Positions 18,579-26,153 of a DNA stretch of 57,430 nt are shown here, piece by piece. A program made the position numbers and the translations under genes. Within the stretch, counting starts at the first letter, position 1. Each line of letters opens with the position of its first letter. This DNA is from a virus (taxonomy: Duplodnaviria > Caudoviricetes). The notes below the pieces were generated by a model. The model made no database searches and had not been told where the DNA came from. It saw only the letters and a program-made list of their open reading frames with translations. The DNA is taken from positions 1 to 57,430 of IMG/VR virus record IMGVR_UViG_3300047557_002126; one strand, written 5' to 3'.

Positions 18579-20048
18579 TTAACCAAGGGCAATAGCAAAC
18601 ACAATAGCAGTGTTATCTGCATATGGTTGTGTAGCAACCGTTTGACCACTAAACGTTAAACCAGATGCAAAAATTCCGCTTACACCGCTAATTACACCAC
18701 CGCTTAAATTCTGAAAAACGCCTGATGTACCTTGAATTACATTGCCTGTAACCGTGGCACCTGAAACAGAAGTCGTAAATACACCTGCAATTCCAGTTAA
18801 ATTTGTAAATTGCCCAGTGTCTCCTGTAACTAAAAGACCTGAGACACGCGTAGTAAACGTGCCCGAAACACCTGTAACATTGCCAAATAAACCAGTGGCA
18901 CCAGTAACAGTCGCACCTGAAACACTGGTAGTGAAGGTACCGGAAATTCCAGTGATTGTGCTGAATTGACCAGTATTACCTGTAACGGTTGCACCAGACA
19001 CGCGGTTGGTAAATGTACCGGAAATCCCCGTTAACGTGGTGAATAAACCGGTGGCTCCGGTAATTGTGGTGCCAGAAAGATTTGTGTAAACGCCGGAAAC
19101 ACCTGTAATATTAGAAAACTGACCAGTGTTCCCAGTGATCAGGGCACCCGAGAAAAATTGTGTAAAGACGCCGGAAACACCGCTGACATTACCAAAAGCA
19201 CCGGTATTACCAGTAACAGTTGCGCCGGAAACACGTGTGGTAAACGTTCCGGAAACTCCTGTGACAACTGTAAAGCGACCTGCGTCACCAGTAATAACAG
19301 CACCACTAAGCTGACTGGTAAATGTACCGGAAACACCGGTGATGTTTGCAACACGAACAGTGTCACCTGTAATGGTTGCACCAGAAAGTGTTCCACTGAC
19401 ATTGACACCAGAACTAAACTGAGCTAATCCAGAAACAAACAGTCCGCTGACGACGGTTAAATTACCGCTAACAACCAGAGTTGGCGTTGAAAGGGAATTA
19501 AAAATACCACTGGTTGCTTGAACGGTATTACCTGTAATTGTCTGGCCGCTTAAATTTAAAAATACCCCAGAAGTTCCTGAGATTGTATTGCCGGTAATTG
19601 TTGCGCCACTTAAACGTGTGGAAAAATTACCGCTGATCGCATTAATCGTGTCCCCTGTAACAGACGTAGCCGTTACATTGCCAGCATTAACGTTTGTGCC
19701 TTGAATATTAGTACCTGTAATTGTGGTACCACTAATGGTTCCACTAACAGTTGCGTTATTTTGAACGATTAATCCACTAACCGTGGCGCTGTTGCTAACG
19801 GTTAAACCAGATGTTGATGTCGAACCTGAAACCGTTAGGCCACTCTCAATAATAACGGAACCACTAATGGTTCCCCCTGTGCGGGGAAGGTAGTAAACAT
19901 TTAAATACGCCTTAGTTCCAGATATTGTTAGTTTCTTATTTTTAATCGCCGGGTCTGGCTCGGCAACATGGACAACCGTAAACAGGTCATTATCCGCAAG
20001 ATCAAGTCCTGCGAGTTCCTGTAATTCGCTAATTCTACGGTTGGCCAC
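18579..20048 (-). CDS. Thr/Gly/Ser-rich repeat tail protein (25-26-aa repeats)
   Basis: MANRRISEL start, tandem SGATVTGNTGQF...TG.SG.FT units, C-terminal AIVFAIALG. Confidence 0.8.
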   Translation of the reverse strand: MANRRISELQELAGLDLADNDLFTVVHVAEPDPAIKNKKLTISGTKAYLNVYYLPRTGGTISGSVIIESGLTVSGSTSTSGLTVSNSATVSGLIVQNNATVSGTISGTTITGTNIQGTNVNAGNVTATSVTGDTINAISGNFSTRLSGATITGNTISGTSGVFLNLSGQTITGNTVQATSGIFNSLSTPTLVVSGNLTVVSGLFVSGLAQFSSGVNVSGTLSGATITGDTVRVANITGVSGTFTSQLSGAVITGDAGRFTVVTGVSGTFTTRVSGATVTGNTGAFGNVSGVSGVFTQFFSGALITGNTGQFSNITGVSGVYTNLSGTTITGATGLFTTLTGISGTFTNRVSGATVTGNTGQFSTITGISGTFTTSVSGATVTGATGLFGNVTGVSGTFTTRVSGLLVTGDTGQFTNLTGIAGVFTTSVSGATVTGNVIQGTSGVFQNLSGGVISGVSGIFASGLTFSGQTVATQPYADNTAIVFAIALG

Positions 20049-20100
20049 TAACTATTGCATGAATACCCTTCACACAATTATAGTTCGGGTACTCCAAACC

Positions 20101-20439
20101 CTACTTTACTTTAATTTCAATTCGAGGCAGAACATTGCTAACAACATTCCAGCCATATTGGAGGCCCGTAACAATGCCACAAGAAATGACAAAAACCAAA
20201 ATTAATTCGGCCACTGTCAAATTTCGCCGCACATAAATAACCTTTGGCTGCTCGCTCGGTGCCTGAATAGCCATTGCTCGCTGCTGTGCCATGGCTTGTT
20301 GAATCGCAATCTCCTTGGCACGCGCCTTCATAAGCTCCAGCTGTTCTGGAGTGATTTGACCCGGAAGTGGACCCTGCGGTTGCGGTTGAGGTTCAATTGG
20401 ATTACCAGGGATTTGACTGGAAGGTACTTGTTCTTCCAT
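20101..20439 (-). CDS. hypothetical membrane protein
   Basis: P/Q-rich N terminus and one hydrophobic helix. Confidence 0.7.
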   Translation of the reverse strand: MEEQVPSSQIPGNPIEPQPQPQGPLPGQITPEQLELMKARAKEIAIQQAMAQQRAMAIQAPSEQPKVIYVRRNLTVAELILVFVISCGIVTGLQYGWNVVSNVLPRIEIKVK

Positions 20440-20493
20440 AATGGACGCAAAAGTTCTGCAAAAACATTAGCATCTAAATAAACGAATTGCTTT

Positions 20494-20949
20494 ATGGCTT
20501 ACGGAACAAGAAAAGGTCTTGAAGACATTGCGTACGAACTAAAAGGAATCAGAAATATTCTGGGTTCTATTTGGAGCGCACGTTACCAAAACAACGAAAC
20601 AGACCAGCTGCATCCCGATCTGTACGCAGATGAGTACATTTCAACAGAAGAGTGCGCTCGTAGGCTTGGGGTATCGGACCAGACTTTGCGTAATTGGATT
20701 CTGACCGGCAAGAAAAATCCTAAAAAAGGTTGGATCCAAAACGTACATTACGTCAACATCTCTCCGGACGTTACCAAGAAAGACGTAATTCGCATCCCCT
20801 GGAACAGGCTGATCGCTTCCTTTGTGCGAAACAACGAGGTAAGCCTGATGTCTTTCCGCAGTCCAAACACCTATAAAAGCACTAGGCAAGAAGACAAGGG
20901 TCGTGAAATTCCAAACCCCTCAGTTCCAGACGTTGATGAGGACGAATGA
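20494..20949 (+). CDS. HTH (MerR/excisionase-like) DNA-binding protein
   Basis: YISTEECARRLGVSDQTLRNW. Confidence 0.75.
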   Translation: MAYGTRKGLEDIAYELKGIRNILGSIWSARYQNNETDQLHPDLYADEYISTEECARRLGVSDQTLRNWILTGKKNPKKGWIQNVHYVNISPDVTKKDVIRIPWNRLIASFVRNNEVSLMSFRSPNTYKSTRQEDKGREIPNPSVPDVDEDE

Positions 20950-21413
20950 CAAATCGTTTTCAAAACCTGGACATAAATAGTGTTTCCGTAGAAAACTATT
21001 TAGACATTCTTCCCGAGAGCCTGCGTGCTCAGGTTGAAATGTTTCTGCCACCAGAAGGATCGTTTGATGATGGTTGCCTACGCAGGTATCTTTTCAACCT
21101 TAAAAATTACGAAGAGGAAGACCCAAATTCCAGCACAACCCTGGCCAATCGCTTGCGACTTGCATTTCTTGATATGCAACCAAGTACGATCTGCGGAAAA
21201 TTCCCCCTGGCAGATCTTGCCTTAAAACGTAGGCTTAGGTGTGTAGCTGAGTACTTAATACGTGCCGGAGAATTTGATAAACTACGGGACGAAAACAACA
21301 AGCTAATAAAAAAACGAGGAAATCTTGGCAAACTTGTGGTTATTTACAAGCCACTGCCCAAGATGAAACAAGTGTTATTTCGACAGGGACTTTTAAAAGA
21401 TGAACAGACGTGA
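20946..21413 (+). CDS. hypothetical protein
   Basis: ORF track; ATGA coupling. Confidence 0.75.
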   Translation: MTNRFQNLDINSVSVENYLDILPESLRAQVEMFLPPEGSFDDGCLRRYLFNLKNYEEEDPNSSTTLANRLRLAFLDMQPSTICGKFPLADLALKRRLRCVAEYLIRAGEFDKLRDENNKLIKKRGNLGKLVVIYKPLPKMKQVLFRQGLLKDEQT

Positions 21414-21786
21414 AAAATTAATCGCCTCTGCGCTCCAGGGGGATTTAAACGAGACTAACACCAAGATGCTAGATGCAACCATTAAGCTAATTCTTGGAGA
21501 TCTAGGCGAACAATACTGTAAGTTCTGGGACGCAGAAGGCCCTGGAATTATGGTGTTCCAGCCTGAAAGCAAAGAGCGATCCATGTTTTTCATGACGCTA
21601 AAAGAATTACACTCAGCACAAGAAAGTTGTGAAAAAGATAATGATGGTGATCTGGCGGAAACTTTCCGTCGCATTCTCCAGGCTGCACAAAAGATTGATC
21701 CAACAGAAAAGGCTGGATATCTGGTTAACGATGTTAACGGGATGCGCTATCTTGAAATTGATTACAACAAAGTAACTGACGACTGA
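21400..21786 (+). CDS. hypothetical protein
   Basis: ORF track; overlaps its neighbours in the operon. Confidence 0.75.
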   Translation: MNRREKLIASALQGDLNETNTKMLDATIKLILGDLGEQYCKFWDAEGPGIMVFQPESKERSMFFMTLKELHSAQESCEKDNDGDLAETFRRILQAAQKIDPTEKAGYLVNDVNGMRYLEIDYNKVTDD

Positions 21787-22379
21787 TGCCTGCGTTTCGT
21801 GGCAATGAACGAATGGAGTCCTATGAATGGATCTCCAATAAAGATCTTATTAATTCTGCCCATATGTTAATGGGTGGAATTGATCTGGATCCTGCAAGTT
21901 CTGATATTGCAAACGAATACGTCAACGCAGACACATACTACACACCTGCCGAAGACGGACTTAACGAAAAAGAATGGTTTGGCAAGGTCTATCTCTTTCC
22001 GCCGAACCATTCATATTTCTGGCACCACAAAGCACAACGCTGGAAAAAAACAAGGGGATTGTCACCGACATTAATCTCCGGTTATTCCCTGTGGTGGCGT
22101 ACGTTAAAACGCAAATGGCTCTCTGGAGAAGTTGAGCAGGCTGTATATTTTTGCAACTGCCCTGACATGGTTCGGTACTGTCAGGATATTTTTGATTTTC
22201 CAATCTGCTTTTTAAAAAGCACCCCAACTCTTTATAGGCATTTCTTTGACAGTGGTACCAGGGACTATCGCAACACCTGCACCTCTTTTGTGGTATATCT
22301 TCAACCTTCTGACGGGGACGACGATTACACCCAAAATTTTATTGACATTTACTCTGAAAAAGGTCGCATCATTGTCTAA
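21786..22379 (+). CDS. phage Dam-like DNA N6-adenine methyltransferase homolog with atypical motif IV
   Basis: EW...IDLDPASS..AN..V.A..YYT...DGL...W.G.V.LFPP; the canonical motif is NPP(Y). Confidence 0.75.
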   Translation: MPAFRGNERMESYEWISNKDLINSAHMLMGGIDLDPASSDIANEYVNADTYYTPAEDGLNEKEWFGKVYLFPPNHSYFWHHKAQRWKKTRGLSPTLISGYSLWWRTLKRKWLSGEVEQAVYFCNCPDMVRYCQDIFDFPICFLKSTPTLYRHFFDSGTRDYRNTCTSFVVYLQPSDGDDDYTQNFIDIYSEKGRIIV

Positions 22380-22412
22380 GAAGCCTATACTGATCTTCGA
22401 TCCACAAGATTC

Positions 22413-23000
22413 ATGAGCGTTCTTGCCGACTGGGAAATCCAAAAACTTGCTGAAGAAGAGGAGATGATTTCTCCTTTTGTTGATCACCTGGTAAGCAAAG
22501 AAGATGGCCGCAAGCTTCTTAGCTATGGCCTTAGCTCTTATGGGTATGACATTCGGTTGTCGCCAAAACAATGCATGATTTTTGGCAAGGTTCAGTCCGG
22601 TGATTGCGATCCAAAAAATTTTGATACTGGCATCCTCAAGCCCTCCGAATTATTGGAGGACGAACGCGGTCAATACTTCTTGCTCCCTCCGTATGGTTAT
22701 TGCCTTGGCGTGGCAATGGAACATATTAAGCTTCCGCGTGATGTCACAGTTGTTGCCGTTGGAAAATCAACGTACGCACGTTCTGGCATCCTGGTAAATA
22801 TCACTCCTGCCGAAGCGATGTGGCAGGGGTATCTAACCCTTGAGATCAGTAACTGCACGGGGCTATTCAACCGTGTCTACGCAAATGAAGGAATTACGCA
22901 ACTTCTTTTCTATCGCGGTAATCCCTGTAAGGTCAGCTACCAAGATCGAAAGGGTAAGTACCAAGACCAACCCTACGAGGTTGTCTACAGCCAGGTTTAA
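22413..23000 (+). CDS. dcd: dCTP deaminase
   Basis: SYGLSSYGYD, GKSTYARSG, TP.E..W.G.LTLE, YANEGI.Q and GKYQ.Q motifs. Confidence 0.95.
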   Translation: MSVLADWEIQKLAEEEEMISPFVDHLVSKEDGRKLLSYGLSSYGYDIRLSPKQCMIFGKVQSGDCDPKNFDTGILKPSELLEDERGQYFLLPPYGYCLGVAMEHIKLPRDVTVVAVGKSTYARSGILVNITPAEAMWQGYLTLEISNCTGLFNRVYANEGITQLLFYRGNPCKVSYQDRKGKYQDQPYEVVYSQV

Positions 23001-23377
23001 CCAAACCCGTAGAAAGTACCACCCATGCGGCCAGGCTTTCTAGCGTAGTTGGTACCACCAGCTTGTCCAATACGATCCCCAAGATTTGGAATCTGTACAC
23101 CCTTAACGGTTGCTTCCGATCTTGGGGTTTTTCCATTAATTGTTGTGTCTCTCAACAGTTGGGATTGCTTAAATTTTCCAGCGCTTTTAGATGCGCGTAA
23201 AAATTTTGCAACTCTGTTCTGATCTGAGTTGATATCTTCTACTGAACTTCGCGCCTGTGAATCAACACGCCGAAGGTCCGTATCGTATGCCTGCTCTGGC
23301 CTTAGATCAGAAACCTCAGCTCCTGATGTACCAGAGTCCTGGCGCGGATCGTAGTTTGGATCAAAGAATCTTGCCAT
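22997..23377 (-). CDS. hypothetical protein
   Basis: ATG (MARFFDPNY) shortly after a TATAAT motif. Confidence 0.7.
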   Translation of the reverse strand: MARFFDPNYDPRQDSGTSGAEVSDLRPEQAYDTDLRRVDSQARSSVEDINSDQNRVAKFLRASKSAGKFKQSQLLRDTTINGKTPRSEATVKGVQIPNLGDRIGQAGGTNYARKPGRMGGTFYGFG

Positions 23378-23418
23378 GATAATATTATAAAAAAGATAAA
23401 TCAAACCAAGGAATAAAT

Positions 23419-23766
23419 ATGCATAACGCCGCAGGTTTCTTGGACTCCTTCGTGCAAGACGAAATTATGTGTCGTTGTCTTGACGAAGATGATTTTGGTC
23501 AGCCGTTAGATAACACCGAGAACGACGTTCCGTTGTACGATATGTACAATCGCGGTTTGACGTTATGCGAACAAGGGCTGGAAAGGAACCCCTTGAATCT
23601 CGAGGGAGCACGGCCTGGAATGACGGGTTACATCCCGTCGATGGAGGAAGCGGTATCTCAGTTCCCGGCGTCCTCTCCAAAACCGAAAGCACTGGTTCTG
23701 GATCTGGGCAGCCCCAACGAGGAGATGCTGGAAGCGTCTCTGAAGCGCCGTGGTTTGCGCCGGTAG
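23419..23766 (+). CDS. hypothetical protein
   Basis: ORF track; AAGGA upstream. Confidence 0.65.
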   Translation: MHNAAGFLDSFVQDEIMCRCLDEDDFGQPLDNTENDVPLYDMYNRGLTLCEQGLERNPLNLEGARPGMTGYIPSMEEAVSQFPASSPKPKALVLDLGSPNEEMLEASLKRRGLRR

Positions 23767-23780
23767 ACGAACCAGAAGTA

Positions 23781-24062
23781 ATGGATTGCCCAGGGGGTGT
23801 ATGCCCTGTACCCTGGGCTACGATCCCAGAACGCCCCGTGCTCCAAGAAGATAAGGTTAACCACCCGTCCCATTACAAGGACCAGGGGTCAATCGAATGT
23901 ATTGAAGCAATTGAATCGCAACTAACTCCTGAAGAGTACCAAGGTTATCTACGTGGTAACTGTGTCAAATATCTTTGGCGCTGGAAAAACAAAGGCGGTG
24001 TAGAAGACTTGAAAAAAACACGTTGGTACCTAGACCGCCTTATCGAAACAGAAGAAGGCTAA
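23781..24062 (+). CDS. DUF3310 protein (T7 gp1.7 nucleotide-kinase-like); start uncertain
   Basis: VNHPSHY...IECIEAI...GN..KY.WR...K.G.EDLKK..WYL. Confidence 0.85.
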   Translation: MDCPGGVCPVPWATIPERPVLQEDKVNHPSHYKDQGSIECIEAIESQLTPEEYQGYLRGNCVKYLWRWKNKGGVEDLKKTRWYLDRLIETEEG

Positions 24063-24361
24063 AACGGCTGCAGATCATCTTCATCATCGTCCTCGTCGTC
24101 GTATACACATGCGGCGGCGAGTTCTGCTAATTCAAGATCCGTTGGAAAATCCCAATCAATTTCAATATTTTCACCAGCCATAATATCCTTGATGGCATAC
24201 CACTCCATTAGGCGCTGGTGGTAAAGGTTTAAAAGAGCGGAATACAGTTGCTCCCATGTCATTTCCTGAGCTTGTAATTCCGCCTTACGCATGGCAAATT
24301 GCATCTCAAGCGGAAGTTCAAAGTCCCTGGGCTCAACCGACCGTTCCATTCCGCTCTGCAT
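24059..24361 (-). CDS. nblA: NblA-like phycobilisome degradation protein with acidic C-terminal tail
   Basis: LPLEMQFAMRKAELQAQEMTWEQLYSALLNLYHQRLM fits the NblA L(S)LEQ.F.......V..M..EQ....L..L..Q pattern; start at 24361 or 24349. Confidence 0.75.
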   Translation of the reverse strand: MQSGMERSVEPRDFELPLEMQFAMRKAELQAQEMTWEQLYSALLNLYHQRLMEWYAIKDIMAGENIEIDWDFPTDLELAELAAACVYDDEDDDEDDLQPF

Positions 24362-24385
24362 GCTCAAGATGTAACTATTCTAATT

Positions 24386-25045
24386 CTATCTGTCAAAGAC
24401 AGAATTGAAATCATCCATGGGGTAATCGTCCCAAGGATTGTCATCAATCCTAAATTCGTTTGCAAACGCCGACAGCAAATAAGGATTTAAGTTGCGTTCC
24501 AGGTTGCGGATGGCGCTTACTTCATGTGGAGCAGCTGTGTAGTTCCTAAATGCTGCCAGGAGAATCTCGGTCGTGATGATAGGTGAGTTATCCAGACCTT
24601 CAAGGAATAGTGCAATTTCTTCTCGTCGCCGCTCCAGGAGGCTGCCGATTATCTGGTGGTCAGAATCAAAAACCCATCGCCCGATCTCTTCTGTCACTGC
24701 ATAAAAATTATCGTTTTCCAGATTGTCGACAATGCTGCTGTAAAAAAATGGTTCCCACCCAACAGAATGAATAAATGAAATTAAGGCTTGGCGCATCGCA
24801 TCATCTAGGCCAAGATTTAATTTTTGTAGCTGGGTATCAATTATGCTAACTTCGTGAAATAAATATTCCAGTGCTTTTTCTTTGCTGCAAAGCTGCCCGC
24901 GTTTGACCGGAGAACCATCTGGGTAAAATTGTGTGCCATACCCAATGGTGTAAGGCTCTGCCCCTGTAACGGGATCGGCATAAGCCTTTTCATTAAATCC
25001 CTCGTGTTTGCGAATTAAATTTATCGCATGCGAGAAATCTGCCAT
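24386..25045 (-). CDS. GH24 lysozyme with C-terminal extension
   Basis: LIRKHEG...AY.D......TIGYG and L..RR..E..LF. Confidence 0.88.
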   Translation of the reverse strand: MADFSHAINLIRKHEGFNEKAYADPVTGAEPYTIGYGTQFYPDGSPVKRGQLCSKEKALEYLFHEVSIIDTQLQKLNLGLDDAMRQALISFIHSVGWEPFFYSSIVDNLENDNFYAVTEEIGRWVFDSDHQIIGSLLERRREEIALFLEGLDNSPIITTEILLAAFRNYTAAPHEVSAIRNLERNLNPYLLSAFANEFRIDDNPWDDYPMDDFNSVFDR

Positions 25046-25081
25046 GGGGATAACACTAGTTATCCCCAATATACACAAATT

Positions 25082-25204
25082 TTACTTACCTTGTCCGCGA
25101 GAAAGTTTACGTCCGTGACTTGGTTTTGAATTACGTCCCTGTCCCTGTCGAGTGAGCTTGGGCTTGGATTCCAGGCGAACAGTTGTGGATTTGGGTTTTG
25201 CCAT
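25082..25204 (-). CDS. small basic phage peptide, 40 aa (...RQGQG...SRGQGK)
   Basis: Translated by hand; ends in the RGQG motif typical of a common phage micro-protein. Confidence 0.75.
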   Translation of the reverse strand: MAKPKSTTVRLESKPKLTRQGQGRNSKPSHGRKLSRGQGK

Positions 25205-25225
25205 GGGATTGACTTGCAGGCATCA

Positions 25226-25863
25226 CCACTTTACATCCTTTTTGGATGAAATACTTGCCCGCTGGAATTCCAGCGCCCTTCTTGAAATAAAAATTCTTGA
25301 GGGCATCCTGTTTCAATGCGGTTCTTTATGGATTCAGGATCTCTACCAGATTTTTTACAAGCGTCATTTAAGCACATTTTTTGGCCCTCATAAACAACAA
25401 AAATGTTATTTCTCCTGTTTCTATTCTGTTCTTTTACAGTGGCCCACCTAACATTTCCTTTTTCATAATTTCCGTTAACGTTTATTCTGTCAAGACTGCA
25501 ACCCTCGGGCCTTGGTCCAAGAGCTTGCCAGAATTCATCAAAAGATTCAAACAAAAACAAAACATGTCCATACGCGTTTTTATGGTTTTCATTAACTCTT
25601 TTCTTGGCTCGCCAGTAACTTTTCCATGCGCCATTTTTTAATGGATCATGCTTTGCGCAAGGACTTAAAATATTCAACTTTCGTCCAGTATATGCACAAG
25701 ATCTGCAAATCCATTCTCCTTTTTTACGGTTATATTGATCGATCCTTATGCTTGAACTTGCACTACATCTTTTGCAATTTACATCAACGTAACGCCAGGG
25801 ACCTGCAGGCATTGGTTTAAAATCTCTCCAAGCATTATACCACTTAGGATCATCCACTTTACA
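25226..25863 (-). mobile_element. free-standing homing-endonuclease insertion bounded by 10-bp direct repeats
   Basis: CCACTTTACA at both 25226-25235 and 25854-25863. Confidence 0.7.
25231..25857 (-). CDS. HNH homing endonuclease
   Basis: Two CxxC pairs and SLDRINVNGNYEKGNVRWAT..EQ..N. Confidence 0.9.
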   Translation of the reverse strand: MDDPKWYNAWRDFKPMPAGPWRYVDVNCKRCSASSSIRIDQYNRKKGEWICRSCAYTGRKLNILSPCAKHDPLKNGAWKSYWRAKKRVNENHKNAYGHVLFLFESFDEFWQALGPRPEGCSLDRINVNGNYEKGNVRWATVKEQNRNRRNNIFVVYEGQKMCLNDACKKSGRDPESIKNRIETGCPQEFLFQEGRWNSSGQVFHPKRM

Positions 25864-26153
25864 CGGTGACTCCAGTATCTGGCAGAAAGTTTTGAAGGAT
25901 TGGCATCTTGTGCGTTGTGACGCGCATAATAAGATTTGCGACGCGCCTTCTCTTTGGCGGACTGTGGGTTTTTCCCTGCGCCTTCAACTCCTTGCTGCCC
26001 AAACCTAACAATTTTTTCTTTACCTTCTGCGCAAGCTTTCACAATATGGCTTTTAGTTGGGTGCCCAGGAGTTCGCTGGGGTTTATTGCACGCCATCTTA
26101 TCTTTCTGATAACGTTTTGCAGCCTTAGCTGCATTTTTCTTTTTGTCTGCCAT
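25779..26153 (-). CDS. basic phage protein (K.VRFGQ.G...ARH...ARYWS..VKW family), C terminus extended by the HNH insertion
   Basis: Family motif ends at VKW; 24 extra residues are read into the insert. Confidence 0.75.
   Translation of the reverse strand: MADKKKNAAKAAKRYQKDKMACNKPQRTPGHPTKSHIVKACAEGKEKIVRFGQQGVEGAGKNPQSAKEKARRKSYYARHNAQDANPSKLSARYWSHRVKWMILSGIMLGEILNQCLQVPGVTLM

Noticed and set aside
23565-23780. N-terminal extension of DUF3310 overlapping the upstream gene by ~200 nt
   Set aside because: A clean ATG at 23781 follows the upstream stop and the extension has no motif. Not excluded, but unsupported.
25231-25857. Group I intron carrying the HNH gene
   Set aside because: The whole insert is the ORF; no room for, or sign of, P/Q/R/S core elements.
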